From Gemmatimonadota bacterium (lineage in GTDB: Bacteria; Gemmatimonadota; Gemmatimonadetes; Palauibacterales; Palauibacteraceae), in contig JBHIAV010000035.1 of the NCBI GenBank assembly GCA_046758745.1, positions 1 to 30,272 on the forward strand: a DNA stretch of 30,272 nt, read 5' to 3'. The notes beneath the pieces are model-generated. The model made no database searches. It was not told the origin of the DNA and saw only the letters and a program-made list of their open reading frames with translations. The stretch's first letter is position 1, and each line of letters opens with the position of its first letter. Made by a program: the position numbers and the translations under genes. Positions 18,551-26,384 of the stretch are shown here, one piece after another.

Positions 18551-18721
18551 ATGCTGGCACACCTCGTTACCCTGTGGACGGACGAGTCCGGTCAGGACCT
18601 GGCGGAGTACGCGATCCTGCTGGCACTCATCGCGATCGTCGTCATCGCGGCTGTTCGACTGCTCGGCCCGACGATCCGGAACGTCTTCCAGGACATCAAC
18701 GACAACCTGTCGGCCGCGTAG
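18551..18721 (+). CDS. flp: Flp/Fap family type IVb pilin
   Basis: 56 aa: MLAHLVTLWTDESG|QDLAEYAILLALIAIVVIAAV... with prepilin cleavage site, conserved EY and hydrophobic helix; strong RBS GGAGGAG. Confidence 0.92.
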   Translation: MLAHLVTLWTDESGQDLAEYAILLALIAIVVIAAVRLLGPTIRNVFQDINDNLSAA

Positions 18722-19061
18722 AAAGCTGTCGGTCGCTCCAGGCCGAGGCGGTCCGGAGCGACGCCGGCGGTTGAGGCGACGCCGCCCTCCAGGCCTCACC
18801 CAGAACTCCCACGGCCCGCCCGAGGAGAGGGGACACGTGCTGCTCGGGCGAATCGAGGCGGATTCCGGCTCGCCGGTAAGCAGGAACAGCGGCGCGCTTC
18901 AAAGGGAGGGCGCACACATGCTCGAAAGAGCGAAGATGGACTCGGCGTAACCGACCGACCCGAGACGGACGGGTTTCAGGCGAGTACCGTACCGAGTACA
19001 CTCCGGACAGGAGCCGAACGCGATGCCTCGACGCACGGGCGGGCGGCTGTCAAACTACGGA

Positions 19062-20945
19062 TCATCCGCTCGGCGAGACTTCCAGAACGAGGTTGAACAC
19101 CGACGAATCGATCTCGACCATATCCCGCAGCTCGTCTCGCACGGCGACCTCGATCCGGTCCCCGTACCGGGAAAGCCGTCTCAGCAGTCGGTGCAGATGA
19201 CGAAGCTGGCCCTCGTGCAGCTCATCGATGCGAAGCGTGACCGACGACGCCGTGTCGCGTAGCACTCTCTCCAGGTGATGTCCGGCACGGATGAAGAAAC
19301 CACGATCCAACCACCCCTTCATCCGAACCGACACAGTCGCGGCGGCATCCTTCACCTGCCTCAGGGAAACCTCCAAGGCATCCTGCTGAACGTAGTGTCG
19401 AAGCACTCTCTTCATCGACTCCACATGACTGTCCACGAGCTTCGCCATCGGCGCGGAGTGCCCGACAAGATGCCGGCTCGCATAGTCTCTCATCGCCAGG
19501 CCGACGATCCAGTCCTTGATCGCCTGCGGAACCAGCCTCGGTGACGACAAAGGGATCGAGCGACAGAAATGGAACATGGCAGACGGGCCACCACGGACCA
19601 GCCCGTGGACCAAGAGCCTCGTCAGCATCCCGATCCCCTCTCGTATCGAACGCTCCTCCCGACGAAGCGCGGGCACCAGGTAGCGGCACTTGTTTCTGAT
19701 GCGGTCCGCGATACTACGATGGGTCAGGAGTCGCTCGTGGAGCGCTCGATATCCGCTGACCATCTGGTCATACGTCATCTGCTTCGGGATGACGTTGGTG
19801 ACCAGCTTCGTGTTGTCCGCCACGTCTGCGTCGGGAACCAGCCTTCCCTCTTTCTCCAATCGCACGTACAGAGGCGTTCTCGGCAACGCGACCAGGAGTC
19901 CGACCATCGCCGTCTGGATGCCGGAGCTCATGATGAACCGATACTGCCTCTCGAATGTAGTGTTCGTGTCGTTGTCGAAGCCGATGATGAACCCGGCGAG
20001 CACATCGATGCCGAAGGAGTAGATCCTCCGCACCGACGAAAGCAGATCCTGCCGCAGGTTCTGGAACTTCTTGGTCTCCCTCAGGCTCGCTTCATCAGGG
20101 GACTCGATCCCGATGAAGACCCACTTGAAGTTCGCCTCACGAAAAAGGGTGAGCAACTCGCCATCTTGAGCCAAGTTCAAGGAAGCTTCCGTTCCAAAAT
20201 CGAACTGATAGTCGTGCTCCTGTTGGTAGTCTCTCAGGAACCTCAAGAGTTCCTTGGCTAGCTTCTTGTTTCCGATCAGGTTGTCATCGACAAAGAAGGC
20301 GTGATGCATCCCTAGCTCTCTCAACGCGTCGAGTTCTTTGCCCACCTGTTGAAGGGACTTGGTGCGGGGCTCCCGCCCGAACATCACGATGATGTCACAG
20401 AACTCGCATCGGTAGGGGCAGCCTCGGGAAAACTGCAAGCTTACCGTCTGGTACCTGTCCAGCCGGAGAAGGTCGAATCTCGGAGTGGGCGAGTCCGTCA
20501 TCGAAACCGTGCCGGTTTCACGATATACGGGCTCCGGAACGCCGCGTTCGAGGTCTCGGCAGAACTGCCGCCAGATATACTCGGCCTCACCCGCCACGAC
20601 TGTATCCGCGAGCGATTCATACCGCTCGGGACACAGCGAGGCATAGCTGCCGCCCGCGACGACGTAATACCCTCGACTCCGGTAGAAAGAGAGCAACTCC
20701 TTTTGTCGAGGGTACTGGACGCCCATGCCGCAGATACCGACGACATCCGCCCTCGGCTTCAGCGGGATGGACTCGATGTTCTCATCGACGATTGCGACTT
20801 CCCAGTCTGCAGGGCAGAGAGCCGCGAGAGTGGCCAACCCCAAGGGCGGGTTGATGGCCCTCTTGGCGGGCATGACCGTGTCGATCGCCCACTTGAAGCT
20901 CCAGAAGCTCTCGGGAAACTTCGGATTGATCAGTAGTAGCCTCAT
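19062..20945 (-). CDS. Cobalamin-binding radical SAM protein (DUF4070/HpnP-like family) with C-terminal extension
   Basis: N-terminal NPKFPESFWSF, PPLGLATLAAL, VVAGGSYAS, GEAE; radical SAM motif CPYRCEFC (20397-20420); FVDDNL, FIGIES, GFIIGFDND. Confidence 0.9.
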   Translation of the reverse strand: MRLLLINPKFPESFWSFKWAIDTVMPAKRAINPPLGLATLAALCPADWEVAIVDENIESIPLKPRADVVGICGMGVQYPRQKELLSFYRSRGYYVVAGGSYASLCPERYESLADTVVAGEAEYIWRQFCRDLERGVPEPVYRETGTVSMTDSPTPRFDLLRLDRYQTVSLQFSRGCPYRCEFCDIIVMFGREPRTKSLQQVGKELDALRELGMHHAFFVDDNLIGNKKLAKELLRFLRDYQQEHDYQFDFGTEASLNLAQDGELLTLFREANFKWVFIGIESPDEASLRETKKFQNLRQDLLSSVRRIYSFGIDVLAGFIIGFDNDTNTTFERQYRFIMSSGIQTAMVGLLVALPRTPLYVRLEKEGRLVPDADVADNTKLVTNVIPKQMTYDQMVSGYRALHERLLTHRSIADRIRNKCRYLVPALRREERSIREGIGMLTRLLVHGLVRGGPSAMFHFCRSIPLSSPRLVPQAIKDWIVGLAMRDYASRHLVGHSAPMAKLVDSHVESMKRVLRHYVQQDALEVSLRQVKDAAATVSVRMKGWLDRGFFIRAGHHLERVLRDTASSVTLRIDELHEGQLRHLHRLLRRLSRYGDRIEVAVRDELRDMVEIDSSVFNLVLEVSPSG

Positions 20946-21053
20946 TGACTCTGCGCTCCTTGCCGACCTCTGCCCTCACCGAGTCGACGACCCGCCGGGA
21001 TACCCTCGGATGACCAGGGCGGGCGGTTTCTCACCCGCCGCAGGTTTGGGAGT

Positions 21054-22271
21054 TCATCCCATCAGCAGGGAAGCCTTCTCACCAAGAGAAAGGTCACTGT
21101 ACTTGTGGCTCCCGGTGACTATTCCCAGGAGCTTCCGAAACAACAGCTCGTCGTGGCTCAGCCGGCGAATCGCGCGGTCGCCGACAGCCTTGTAGCGCGA
21201 GAGGTTCAGGAGGAGACGAGTGAATCGGAAAACGTCCTCGATGAGCTGGAAGCGGGCTCCCGCATATCGGCGTCCGAGCTCCGGACCGAAATCGCCCGTG
21301 GCGAACGCCTCCCTGATCAGGGGCACGGCCGCCTGCACGCACTTCAAAGCGAGCGTCATCCCCTCTCCCGTGATCGGGTCCAGGAACCCTGCGCTGTCAC
21401 CGATGAGAAGGAGCCCCGGCTGATAGCAAGGCTCAATCGAAAAACCCAAAGGCCCCACGGCGAACACAGGGGGGATCAGCCGGGCTCCCGAGATCCGATC
21501 CCGGAAACCCTCCGTCCTGCTCAAGAAGCTCATGTACTGGCCGCCGAGGTCGCCCCTGAAGAACTGCATTGCCCTCTCCTCGAGGAGCAGTGCGACCAGG
21601 CTTACGTCCTGCCCACACGGGGCGACATAGATCTCTCCATCGGCGTGAGGGAGCACTTCTACGTAAGAGCCGATCCCTTGGACTCCTCCCAGGTGACCAG
21701 TGATCCCGAATCGCCTGCGTCGGAGGTAGGTCTTCGTAAGCCCGCGCGCGGTGTGAAAGATGGAGTATCGCCCGTCGGCCGCGATGGTGAGCGAGGCATA
21801 CACCACATGGCGGTGAGCCCGGGAATCCACGAAATGTCCGGCTATCCCTCTGACGACGCCAGCCTCTCGGACCACGTCCGTCACCTTGAACCCCTCCCGG
21901 ACGGTAACGTTGGAGAAGGCTCTCGCTCGCCGAAGAAGCAGGTGGTCCAGATGGTAGCGGCGCATCACCACACCGAAGAGGATGGCGCTCTCGCCCGGGG
22001 GGAAATCCGACTGCGCCACGACGCCCTGGCGATTCGAGTACCGCATCCCTCGAATCTTCGTGCCGCCACGGGCGAGGACCTCCGGCAAGAGTCCGAGGTC
22101 TGCCAGGATCTGAGCGCCCTGTGGCATGATGCCCTCGCCGCAGGGCTTCTCGCGTGGGAACACTGCCTTGTCCAGGAGCAGGATCGAATAACCCTCCGGC
22201 GCGAGTGCGATCGCGGCAGATGCGCCGGCGATGCTGCTTCCGACGATGGCAATGTCGTATTGCGATCTCAT
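21054..22271 (-). CDS. FAD-dependent oxidoreductase (geranylgeranyl-reductase / flavin monooxygenase superfamily)
   Basis: DIAIVGSSIAGASAA (degenerate GxGxxG), FPREKPCGEG, AADGRYS, IGDSAGFLDPITGEG. Confidence 0.88.
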   Translation of the reverse strand: MRSQYDIAIVGSSIAGASAAIALAPEGYSILLLDKAVFPREKPCGEGIMPQGAQILADLGLLPEVLARGGTKIRGMRYSNRQGVVAQSDFPPGESAILFGVVMRRYHLDHLLLRRARAFSNVTVREGFKVTDVVREAGVVRGIAGHFVDSRAHRHVVYASLTIAADGRYSIFHTARGLTKTYLRRRRFGITGHLGGVQGIGSYVEVLPHADGEIYVAPCGQDVSLVALLLEERAMQFFRGDLGGQYMSFLSRTEGFRDRISGARLIPPVFAVGPLGFSIEPCYQPGLLLIGDSAGFLDPITGEGMTLALKCVQAAVPLIREAFATGDFGPELGRRYAGARFQLIEDVFRFTRLLLNLSRYKAVGDRAIRRLSHDELLFRKLLGIVTGSHKYSDLSLGEKASLLMG

Positions 22272-22281
22272 CGCGAGCTCT

Positions 22282-22330
22282 TCATCGACGATTGCGACTT
22301 CCCGATCCGCAGGACAACGGCCGCAAGGAG
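22282..22330 (-). pseudogene. Short degenerate remnant of a B12-radical SAM gene N-terminus
   Basis: Exact 22-bp match TCATCGACGATTGCGACTTCCC at 22282-22303 and 20782-20803. Flank reads LAA/CPADREVAIVDE versus LAALCPADWEVAIVDE, with an apparent 1-nt deletion. Confidence 0.65.
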
Positions 22331-22361
22331 GGGCTCTCCGAGGCCGTCACACTCCGAAAGC

Positions 22362-23327
22362 TTACGCGCGCTTCAGGTAGTATACGGCCTGATCGCCCGA
22401 CCCTTGTGCATTGAGGAGCGCCGCCCGTCGCTCAAAGGCTCTGATTTGTCGCTTGCTGAAGTGCGCGGAGAGGCCGCTGCTTCCCTCTCTCCCCGGTTGG
22501 GCCTCTCGCAGCGGAATGCCCGCTCGGTAGAGCTCGCTCCCCCAGAACTGAAACGCCGTCGAGTCACGATAGGAGTCCGTCAATCGCATCCCACCATTCT
22601 TGGCCGCCGCCTCGAGTCCCATCCGGGAGGGGATGCAGATGTGTCGGGGCGCATCGATCTGCACCCAGTCGACGCCGTACTCCGTCCAAGCCTGACAGGG
22701 AACCGCCGGTGACCTGATGATGCACACGCCGTCTCGGGCGAGCAGCGTGCCGATCTTCTTGATCGCGCCCTCCGGGTCCGTCAGGTGCTCGAACACATGG
22801 TGAAGCATTATCACATCCCATGTGCCATCCGTCTCGTCGAGTGTCTGCTTTCTTACCAGCGTCATGTCGCCATACCGTACATCATTCTGTACATACGGAT
22901 CTATCCCTGATACTTGGCTAACACCTAATTCATATAGCTTGCGTAACAACGTACCGGCGCCGCAGCCAACATCGAGGATGCGCGAGTTCTCATCAACCCG
23001 GACACGAGCCAGAGATCTGAGAGCAGGGTTCGGGTGACGCCGATAGAGGAGCCGGCCGAGCAAGCCCTCGCTGTACACCGCATATGTGTCCCGGAGCCTG
23101 CGTATGCGGAGAGCTATGTAACTACGTTTTCCCTCGGCGTCCGCCAGGGAGTAATAGTCGTGGGGATAATAGAGCGACAAATCCGATGGGGCATCAGCGA
23201 TCTGCAAAGTACCACAACGACCGCATTGGAAGTACTCGAAAGAATCGCGTCGGCCGAACATCATCTCGTGGACCGTGACGACGACTTCGGGATCTCGTGC
23301 GCCGCATAGCCGACAAGTCATGGTCAT
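22362..23327 (-). CDS. Class I SAM-dependent methyltransferase with N-terminal CxxC...CxxC (putative Zn) motif
   Basis: CRLC...CGRC; SAM motif ILDVGCGAG; GIDP; HVFEHL; DAPRH. Confidence 0.88.
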   Translation of the reverse strand: MTMTCRLCGARDPEVVVTVHEMMFGRRDSFEYFQCGRCGTLQIADAPSDLSLYYPHDYYSLADAEGKRSYIALRIRRLRDTYAVYSEGLLGRLLYRRHPNPALRSLARVRVDENSRILDVGCGAGTLLRKLYELGVSQVSGIDPYVQNDVRYGDMTLVRKQTLDETDGTWDVIMLHHVFEHLTDPEGAIKKIGTLLARDGVCIIRSPAVPCQAWTEYGVDWVQIDAPRHICIPSRMGLEAAAKNGGMRLTDSYRDSTAFQFWGSELYRAGIPLREAQPGREGSSGLSAHFSKRQIRAFERRAALLNAQGSGDQAVYYLKRA

Positions 23328-23713
23328 ACCTGGGGGTGCCTTGGACAGGCGGAGGTTGGGGCTAGTGCTGCTGACCGAATGCCTCGAAGGAATCCGCCCG
23401 CTGAATCTGCAGTTTCACGCGTATCATCGGCCCTCTTGTGGAGCTGCCTCGGTGTAACCCGGGATCTCCTCGGCCGAGTCAGGGGCGCTGCCGGGCTGCA
23501 CCACACCCCAATTCCCGACGACGATGGACGGGCCGAGGGCCGGCGTCAAGCTCATACGGCGGTCAGAGGCTCGGGGATCCCGAGGCCGTCCCGTGGAGTC
23601 TCTGAATGCCAGTCCATGCGAATGGCCCGAGCTGGAGCCTGATGATCAAGCGCCTCAGGCAGGAGCGGGTCGGCGTCGCGGCTACTTCTGTGCGGAAAGC
23701 CAGCTATGAACAA

Positions 23714-23787
23714 TACGCCCGGAGGGATTCGAACCCCCAACCTCCTGATCCGTAGTCAGGTGCTCTATCCAGTTGAGCTACGGGCGC
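23714..23787 (-). tRNA. tRNA-Arg(ACG)
   Basis: GCGCCCGTAGCTCAACTGGATAGAGCACCTGACT-ACG-GATCAGG...GTTCGAATCC...GGGCGTA; CCA not encoded. Confidence 0.96.
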
Positions 23788-23845
23788 ACTCGAAACGCGG
23801 CCGCTCGGGGATCGTGCGCTCACGCCGCGTCGTCGCCGAGGGGGA

Positions 23846-23929
23846 TGCCCAGGAGAGGATTCGAACCTCCACGACCTTGCGGCCACCAGCCCCTCAAGCT
23901 GGCGCGTCTGCCAATTCCGCCACCTGGGC
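23846..23929 (-). tRNA. tRNA-Leu(GAG)
   Basis: GCCCAGGTGGCGGAATTGGCAGACGCGCCAGCTT-GAG-GGGCTGG, long variable arm, GTTCGAATCC; CCA not encoded. Confidence 0.96.
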
Positions 23930-23932
23930 GAG

Positions 23933-24017
<85 letters not shown>

Positions 24018-24200
24018 CCATGACGGGCGCCGATCCGAGCGCGGGAGGCCCTCGGAACGGACCGCCCGATGGTCACCCGCGGCTCGGCCGACACCGCCGT
24101 ACCCCCAGAACAATCACCCCCGCCTGAAAGCGAGGGCGCCTGATCCGGGTCCCCGGCGGGCGAACACACCTGGAACCGCGAGCCGTCACGGGACGATCGA

Positions 24201-24228
24201 AATCTAGCGCACCGAATCCATGCCGCAA
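24201..24228 (-). promoter_or_regulatory. Putative sigma70 promoter for the Leu-Leu-Arg tRNA operon
   Basis: Minus strand TTGCGG-N16-TAGATT, about 185 bp upstream of tRNA-Leu(CAG). Confidence 0.45.
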
Positions 24229-24427
24229 CCTTCGCAGCGGCGGATTCCCCCTGTCGTGAGCCCAGCCACACCCCGAACCAGGCCGGCGGCCGTCAGAAGC
24301 AGGAAGAGGAGGGTACCGACCAGCCGGATGGCGGCGCGAAAAAGGCGAGCGACCCGGCGGCCGCTCGCCTTCCATCTCCTCGTCGGCGGACGCCGCGCGG
24401 ACGCCCGCCTCCGGTTTCGAGCTCAGG

Positions 24428-26296
24428 TCAGTGACAGCCGCACCCCGACTCGAGCTGCACGGTGCCCGGATGAGGCGGGGTCTTGCGCTTCTCGACGATG
24501 GGCAGGGACCGGCTCCCCGGTCTCAGATCCATGGGACGGTCTCCGGCGTAGATCTGGTGCCGCCCCTTGTCCTTGAACCAGTCCCGCGTCTTCGCGACCA
24601 TGTGCATGTTCTCCACGATCTTCCGCCACCCGGCGCCGGTGTTGTAGGCGCAGAAGGAGATCTCCCCCTCCTGGGTGGCGTACGGGATCACGCACATCTC
24701 GGTGCGCCGGAAGTCATACGTCCACAGGTCCTGGAACCACATCCCGCCGACCCACATCAGGTTCCACTCGCCGGTATCGGTGTCCCCCGTATCGAGCGAG
24801 CCACCCATCTTCCGGTTGGCGAGCTGGAGGAACTTCCGGGTCGTCAAGCCGGGCGGCATCTCCTTCTGGTTCAGATTTCGGAGCAGCGCCAAACCCGCCT
24901 GCACCTTGCTCAAGGTCATCCCGCGCGACGTGTCGGTGATCACGTTGATGTCCTTGACGAACTGCTCGACGTCGAAGAAGGCGGTGAACGGCGCCCACTC
25001 CTTGGTACGATTGTTGATCGCCAGGATCAGGCTGGCCCCGCAGTTCGGATGGCAGGAGCAGCTCAGCCCTCCGAACTCCACCTGTGGGCCGCGCAGGTGA
25101 TCCGCCAGCCAGGTGAAGGCCCCCATCGCGCCCAGGGGGTAGAAGTCGCGGTACGGGTCGATCCTCCCGTCGAAATAGCGCGAGAACTCGTGCGCCAGGT
25201 GGGAGATCGTGTACCGCTGACGGCGCCGGTCCTCGTTGCTGATGTGCTCGTCCCGGCCGGTGAACGAGACCGGCTGGAAGGAGACGGCTCCCATCTTGTC
25301 CGAGTTCTGGATCACGAAGTCGAGGATCGGACCTACCTGCTGATCGTTGATCGTGTTGATCACCGTCGTGACCGGGGTGATGTCGATCCCCGCATTGTGC
25401 ATCCGCTCGATGGCGAGCCACTTGGCGTCGAACAGGTTCGAGATGTGGCGGTGCCGGTTGGCCTCGTTGGTCACTCCGTCGAACTGGAGGTAGGCCATGT
25501 CGAGACCCGCCTCCTTCGCCTGGTAGGCGAACTCCGGCTCGAGCGCGAAGCGGAGGCCGTTGGTCGCCGCCTGCACGTTGTAGTAGCCGATCTCTTTGGC
25601 GTACCGGCAGGCCTCGAGGAAGTGCGGCGACATGGTCGGCTCGCCCCCCGAGTACTGCACGGACATCTGGCGGCGCGGCTTGAACGAGATCGAGTCCTCG
25701 AGGATCTCCTTGATCTCGTCCAGCGTGAGCTCGTGCACGTACCCGACCTGGTTCGCGTCCATGAAGCACGGGTTGCACATCATGTTGCATCGATTGGTCA
25801 GGTCGAGGGTAAGCACGGCCCCGCGCCCGTACCGGATAGTGGAGCTCCCGTGCCGATGCACGTGGTCGTCGTTCGAGGTCCGGTAGTCACGACCGAAGAA
25901 GCGCCGCTCAAGCAGCTCGCTGAGCTTCGGGTCGATCGAGAGGGTGTCCTCGTACTCGCCGTGTCGCTCGCACCTCTTACGGATCTTTATCTTACCGTCC
26001 TCCTCGACGATCTGGGCCCGGATCTCTCCGGTCTTCTTTTCGGTAAACTCCGCGAGGTCACGGTCCCCGGCGATGATCGCGTCCCGTACCTCGATCACGC
26101 AGTCCGGACAGAGCGAGTCCGTCTCCCGCGGCCAGCCAAGCGGCGGTTTCGTGCGCTCGTAGCTCTTGGGGAGCGGGCCCGGCGCCCACTCCGGCTGGAT
26201 GGAAGGGCTGTCGGGAATTCGCGTGTTTACGGCCTGAAAGGCGTTCCACGCGAGGTTGGCGGCGGTCTTCGCCGCGGTGGCGAGCAGGTCACTCAT
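24428..26296 (-). CDS. Radical SAM protein, bacterial homolog of tetraether synthase Tes / GDGT-MAS (MJ0619 family)
   Basis: Rubredoxin-like SLCPDC...IVEEDGKIKIRKRCERHG; DLTNRCNMMCNPCF; QYSGGEPT; ATNG; YLQFDG; FQPVSFTGR; CHPNCG; MWFQDLWTYDFRRTEMCVIPYAT...SFCAYN. These are colinear with MJ0619 motifs as recalled (SLCPIC, CPEHG, YLQFDG, FQPVSFTGR, MHFMDAYNFD, CCIHYAT, PFCTYN). RBS GGGAGG. Confidence 0.88.
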   Translation of the reverse strand: MSDLLATAAKTAANLAWNAFQAVNTRIPDSPSIQPEWAPGPLPKSYERTKPPLGWPRETDSLCPDCVIEVRDAIIAGDRDLAEFTEKKTGEIRAQIVEEDGKIKIRKRCERHGEYEDTLSIDPKLSELLERRFFGRDYRTSNDDHVHRHGSSTIRYGRGAVLTLDLTNRCNMMCNPCFMDANQVGYVHELTLDEIKEILEDSISFKPRRQMSVQYSGGEPTMSPHFLEACRYAKEIGYYNVQAATNGLRFALEPEFAYQAKEAGLDMAYLQFDGVTNEANRHRHISNLFDAKWLAIERMHNAGIDITPVTTVINTINDQQVGPILDFVIQNSDKMGAVSFQPVSFTGRDEHISNEDRRRQRYTISHLAHEFSRYFDGRIDPYRDFYPLGAMGAFTWLADHLRGPQVEFGGLSCSCHPNCGASLILAINNRTKEWAPFTAFFDVEQFVKDINVITDTSRGMTLSKVQAGLALLRNLNQKEMPPGLTTRKFLQLANRKMGGSLDTGDTDTGEWNLMWVGGMWFQDLWTYDFRRTEMCVIPYATQEGEISFCAYNTGAGWRKIVENMHMVAKTRDWFKDKGRHQIYAGDRPMDLRPGSRSLPIVEKRKTPPHPGTVQLESGCGCH

Positions 26297-26384
26297 GGGA
26301 CCTCCCTTCTGAGTAGCCCGGCGGAGCCTGCGAGCCGGGCGTGACAGGGACGTAGCCTCTCCCCACTCCGAAAACGTGGTGAAC

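Noticed and set aside
18837-18950. Small ORF(s) after flp with AGGGAGG RBS (MLERAKMDSA)
   Set aside because: Too short, with no recognisable motif; cannot be supported from sequence alone.
18722-23713. Integrative element or prophage with att sites at tRNA-Arg
   Set aside because: No integrase or transposase ORF, and no duplicate of the tRNA 3' end found by eye near the left boundary.
24078-24180. tRNA-Sec or SRP RNA (TTCA loop, TCAGG motif)
   Set aside because: No T-arm GTTCGA and no SRP GNRA-loop/AGCAG motif; kept only as an unassigned structured region.
24428-26296. Annotation as MoaA or methanopterin methyltransferase
   Set aside because: It lacks the MoaA C-terminal CxxCx13C and GG tail. 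The pterin-methyltransferase label is a legacy annotation of the MJ0619 family, since shown to be a lipid C-C coupling enzyme.
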